64,000 nucleotides of DNA. Source: an uncultured Chloroflexia bacterium. GTDB taxonomy: Bacteria > Chloroflexota > Limnocylindria > Limnocylindrales > CSP1-4. The stretch is from assembly GCA_963763775.1 (NCBI GenBank), contig CAVXPZ010000003.1:224001-288000 (forward strand). Reading direction: 5' to 3'. Shown here in pieces: positions 62,821 through 64,000 of this stretch. A model generated the notes under the pieces. That model made no database searches and was not told the DNA's origin. It worked only from the letters and a program-made list of their open reading frames with translations. The stretch's first letter is position 1. The number at the start of each line of letters is the position of its first letter. Both the position numbers and the translations under genes were made by a program.

Positions 62821-64000
62821 CCGGGCCGACCCGTCGCCGACGGTCGAAACGGCGATACGTCCTGCCGCTCCTCATCGCCCTCGTCGCGCTCTCGGCCGAT
62901 CTTCGGCTGGTCGACCTCGACCGGAACCCGCCGGAGCTGTTCGAGGACGAGCTGTCGGGTGATGTGTCGGCCTGGTCGATCGCGACGACCGGGCACGACG
63001 TCGAGCGGACCGTCCTCCCGTTCATGGTCACGCGCCTCGAGCTCAAGCAGCCGATGTACTTCCTCGCGACCGTGCCGTTCCAGGCGGTCCTCGGCCACGG
63101 GACGCTCGCGCTGCGCTTGCCCGCCGTGATCTTCGGCGTCATCGCGACGCTCCTCATGGTCTGGCTGCTCGCGGTCTTCCGGGCCGGGATGCGGGTCGCG
63201 CTGGTCGGCGGGTTCCTGTTCGCGATCAGTCCGTGGGCGATCCACTACTCGCGAGCGGGCTGGGAGCCCGCCTCCTTCCTGCCGTTCGCGATGGGCGGGA
63301 TCGGGCTCCTGTGGCTCGGGTTACGCGATCATCGACCCCGGGTGACGGTGATCGCGGCGATCGTGCTCGCGTTCGGGTCATACACCTATCACCCGGCACT
63401 GCTGATGAACGTCGTCATGGCCGCGACCGTCGTCCTGATCCGCGTCCGGACGCTCCGGCGGTCGGACGTCGTGGCGCTCGCGGTCGGCGCGGCCATCGCC
63501 CTGGTCATCCTGATCCCGTACGGGCTCGCGGCCTTCGACCCGATCTTCACGGCGCGCACGCGAGGCCTCTCCGTGTTCCGGGACGGGGTCGACGTCGATG
63601 CGCTCCAGCTCGCCTGGGCCAATTTCTGGGCGCAGTGGTCGCCGGGGTTCCTGCTCGGCGGGGCCGCCCCCAACCCGAGGATCAACCCCGGCCCGCTGGT
63701 GTACGTGTGGACGGTCCCGTTCTTCCTTGCCGGCCTCGACAGGCTCCTGCACCGACGCCGCCCCGAGGACATCCTGTGGCTCGCCTGGCTCGCGCTCGGG
63801 GCGTTGCCTGCCGCCCTGGCCGACGACCAGACCACGCCGCACGCCGCACGCGGCCTGCTGGTCCTCCCGGCGCTCATCGCCATCACCGCCATCGGCCTTG
63901 GCCGCGGATACCGGTTCGTCCAGCGCCATGCCGGACGCCTTGGGTCACGAGCGACGCTGGCTGCCAGCGCCGCCGTCCTCGCCGTCGCGATCGCCGGGGT
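62817..64000 (+). CDS. ArnT/PMT family (GT39-like) glycosyltransferase, 3' truncated by window edge
   Basis: GTG start overlapping the upstream stop; PPELFEDE...SIATTGHD, LRLPAV and SPWAIHYSRAGWE. Absent from the ORF track because it has no stop within the window. Confidence 0.85.
   Translation, partial: MTGPTRRRRSKRRYVLPLLIALVALSADLRLVDLDRNPPELFEDELSGDVSAWSIATTGHDVERTVLPFMVTRLELKQPMYFLATVPFQAVLGHGTLALRLPAVIFGVIATLLMVWLLAVFRAGMRVALVGGFLFAISPWAIHYSRAGWEPASFLPFAMGGIGLLWLGLRDHRPRVTVIAAIVLAFGSYTYHPALLMNVVMAATVVLIRVRTLRRSDVVALAVGAAIALVILIPYGLAAFDPIFTARTRGLSVFRDGVDVDALQLAWANFWAQWSPGFLLGGAAPNPRINPGPLVYVWTVPFFLAGLDRLLHRRRPEDILWLAWLALGALPAALADDQTTPHAARGLLVLPALIAITAIGLGRGYRFVQRHAGRLGSRATLAASAAVLAVAIAG

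Overview
A very GC-rich bacterial chromosomal segment with about 55 genes. Gene content and GAAC-N4-GTTC SOS boxes suggest Chloroflexota (possibly Ca. Limnocylindria) or Actinomycetota; this is inference only. About 20 genes, including essential argS, carry single-base frameshifts, which most likely reflect long-read consensus errors, so several CDS coordinates span a frameshift. In order, the window holds: an ECF sigma factor; a moxR-DUF58-VWA operon; a copper operon (PCu(A)C, SCO, two-domain multicopper oxidase); two solute-binding proteins coupled to a hybrid histidine kinase; a peptidase S51-like protein fused to a CysRS C-terminal-like domain; a GT8/LicD/methyltransferase glycan cluster; FIST plus adenylate cyclase; a tandem-duplicated GT-C glycosyltransferase next to tRNA-Thr(CGT); a TetR/oxidoreductase pair with two operators; argS; a complete folate-dependent histidine utilisation route (hutH, hutU, hutI, formiminotransferase, cyclodeaminase, folD, fhs); and dinB followed by a small gene with two SOS boxes. 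Notable non-coding signals are pervasive leaderless-type promoters, a candidate C-rich sRNA, a 72-bp-period palindromic repeat array and several operator-like sites. No CRISPR array, transposase or integrase was found.
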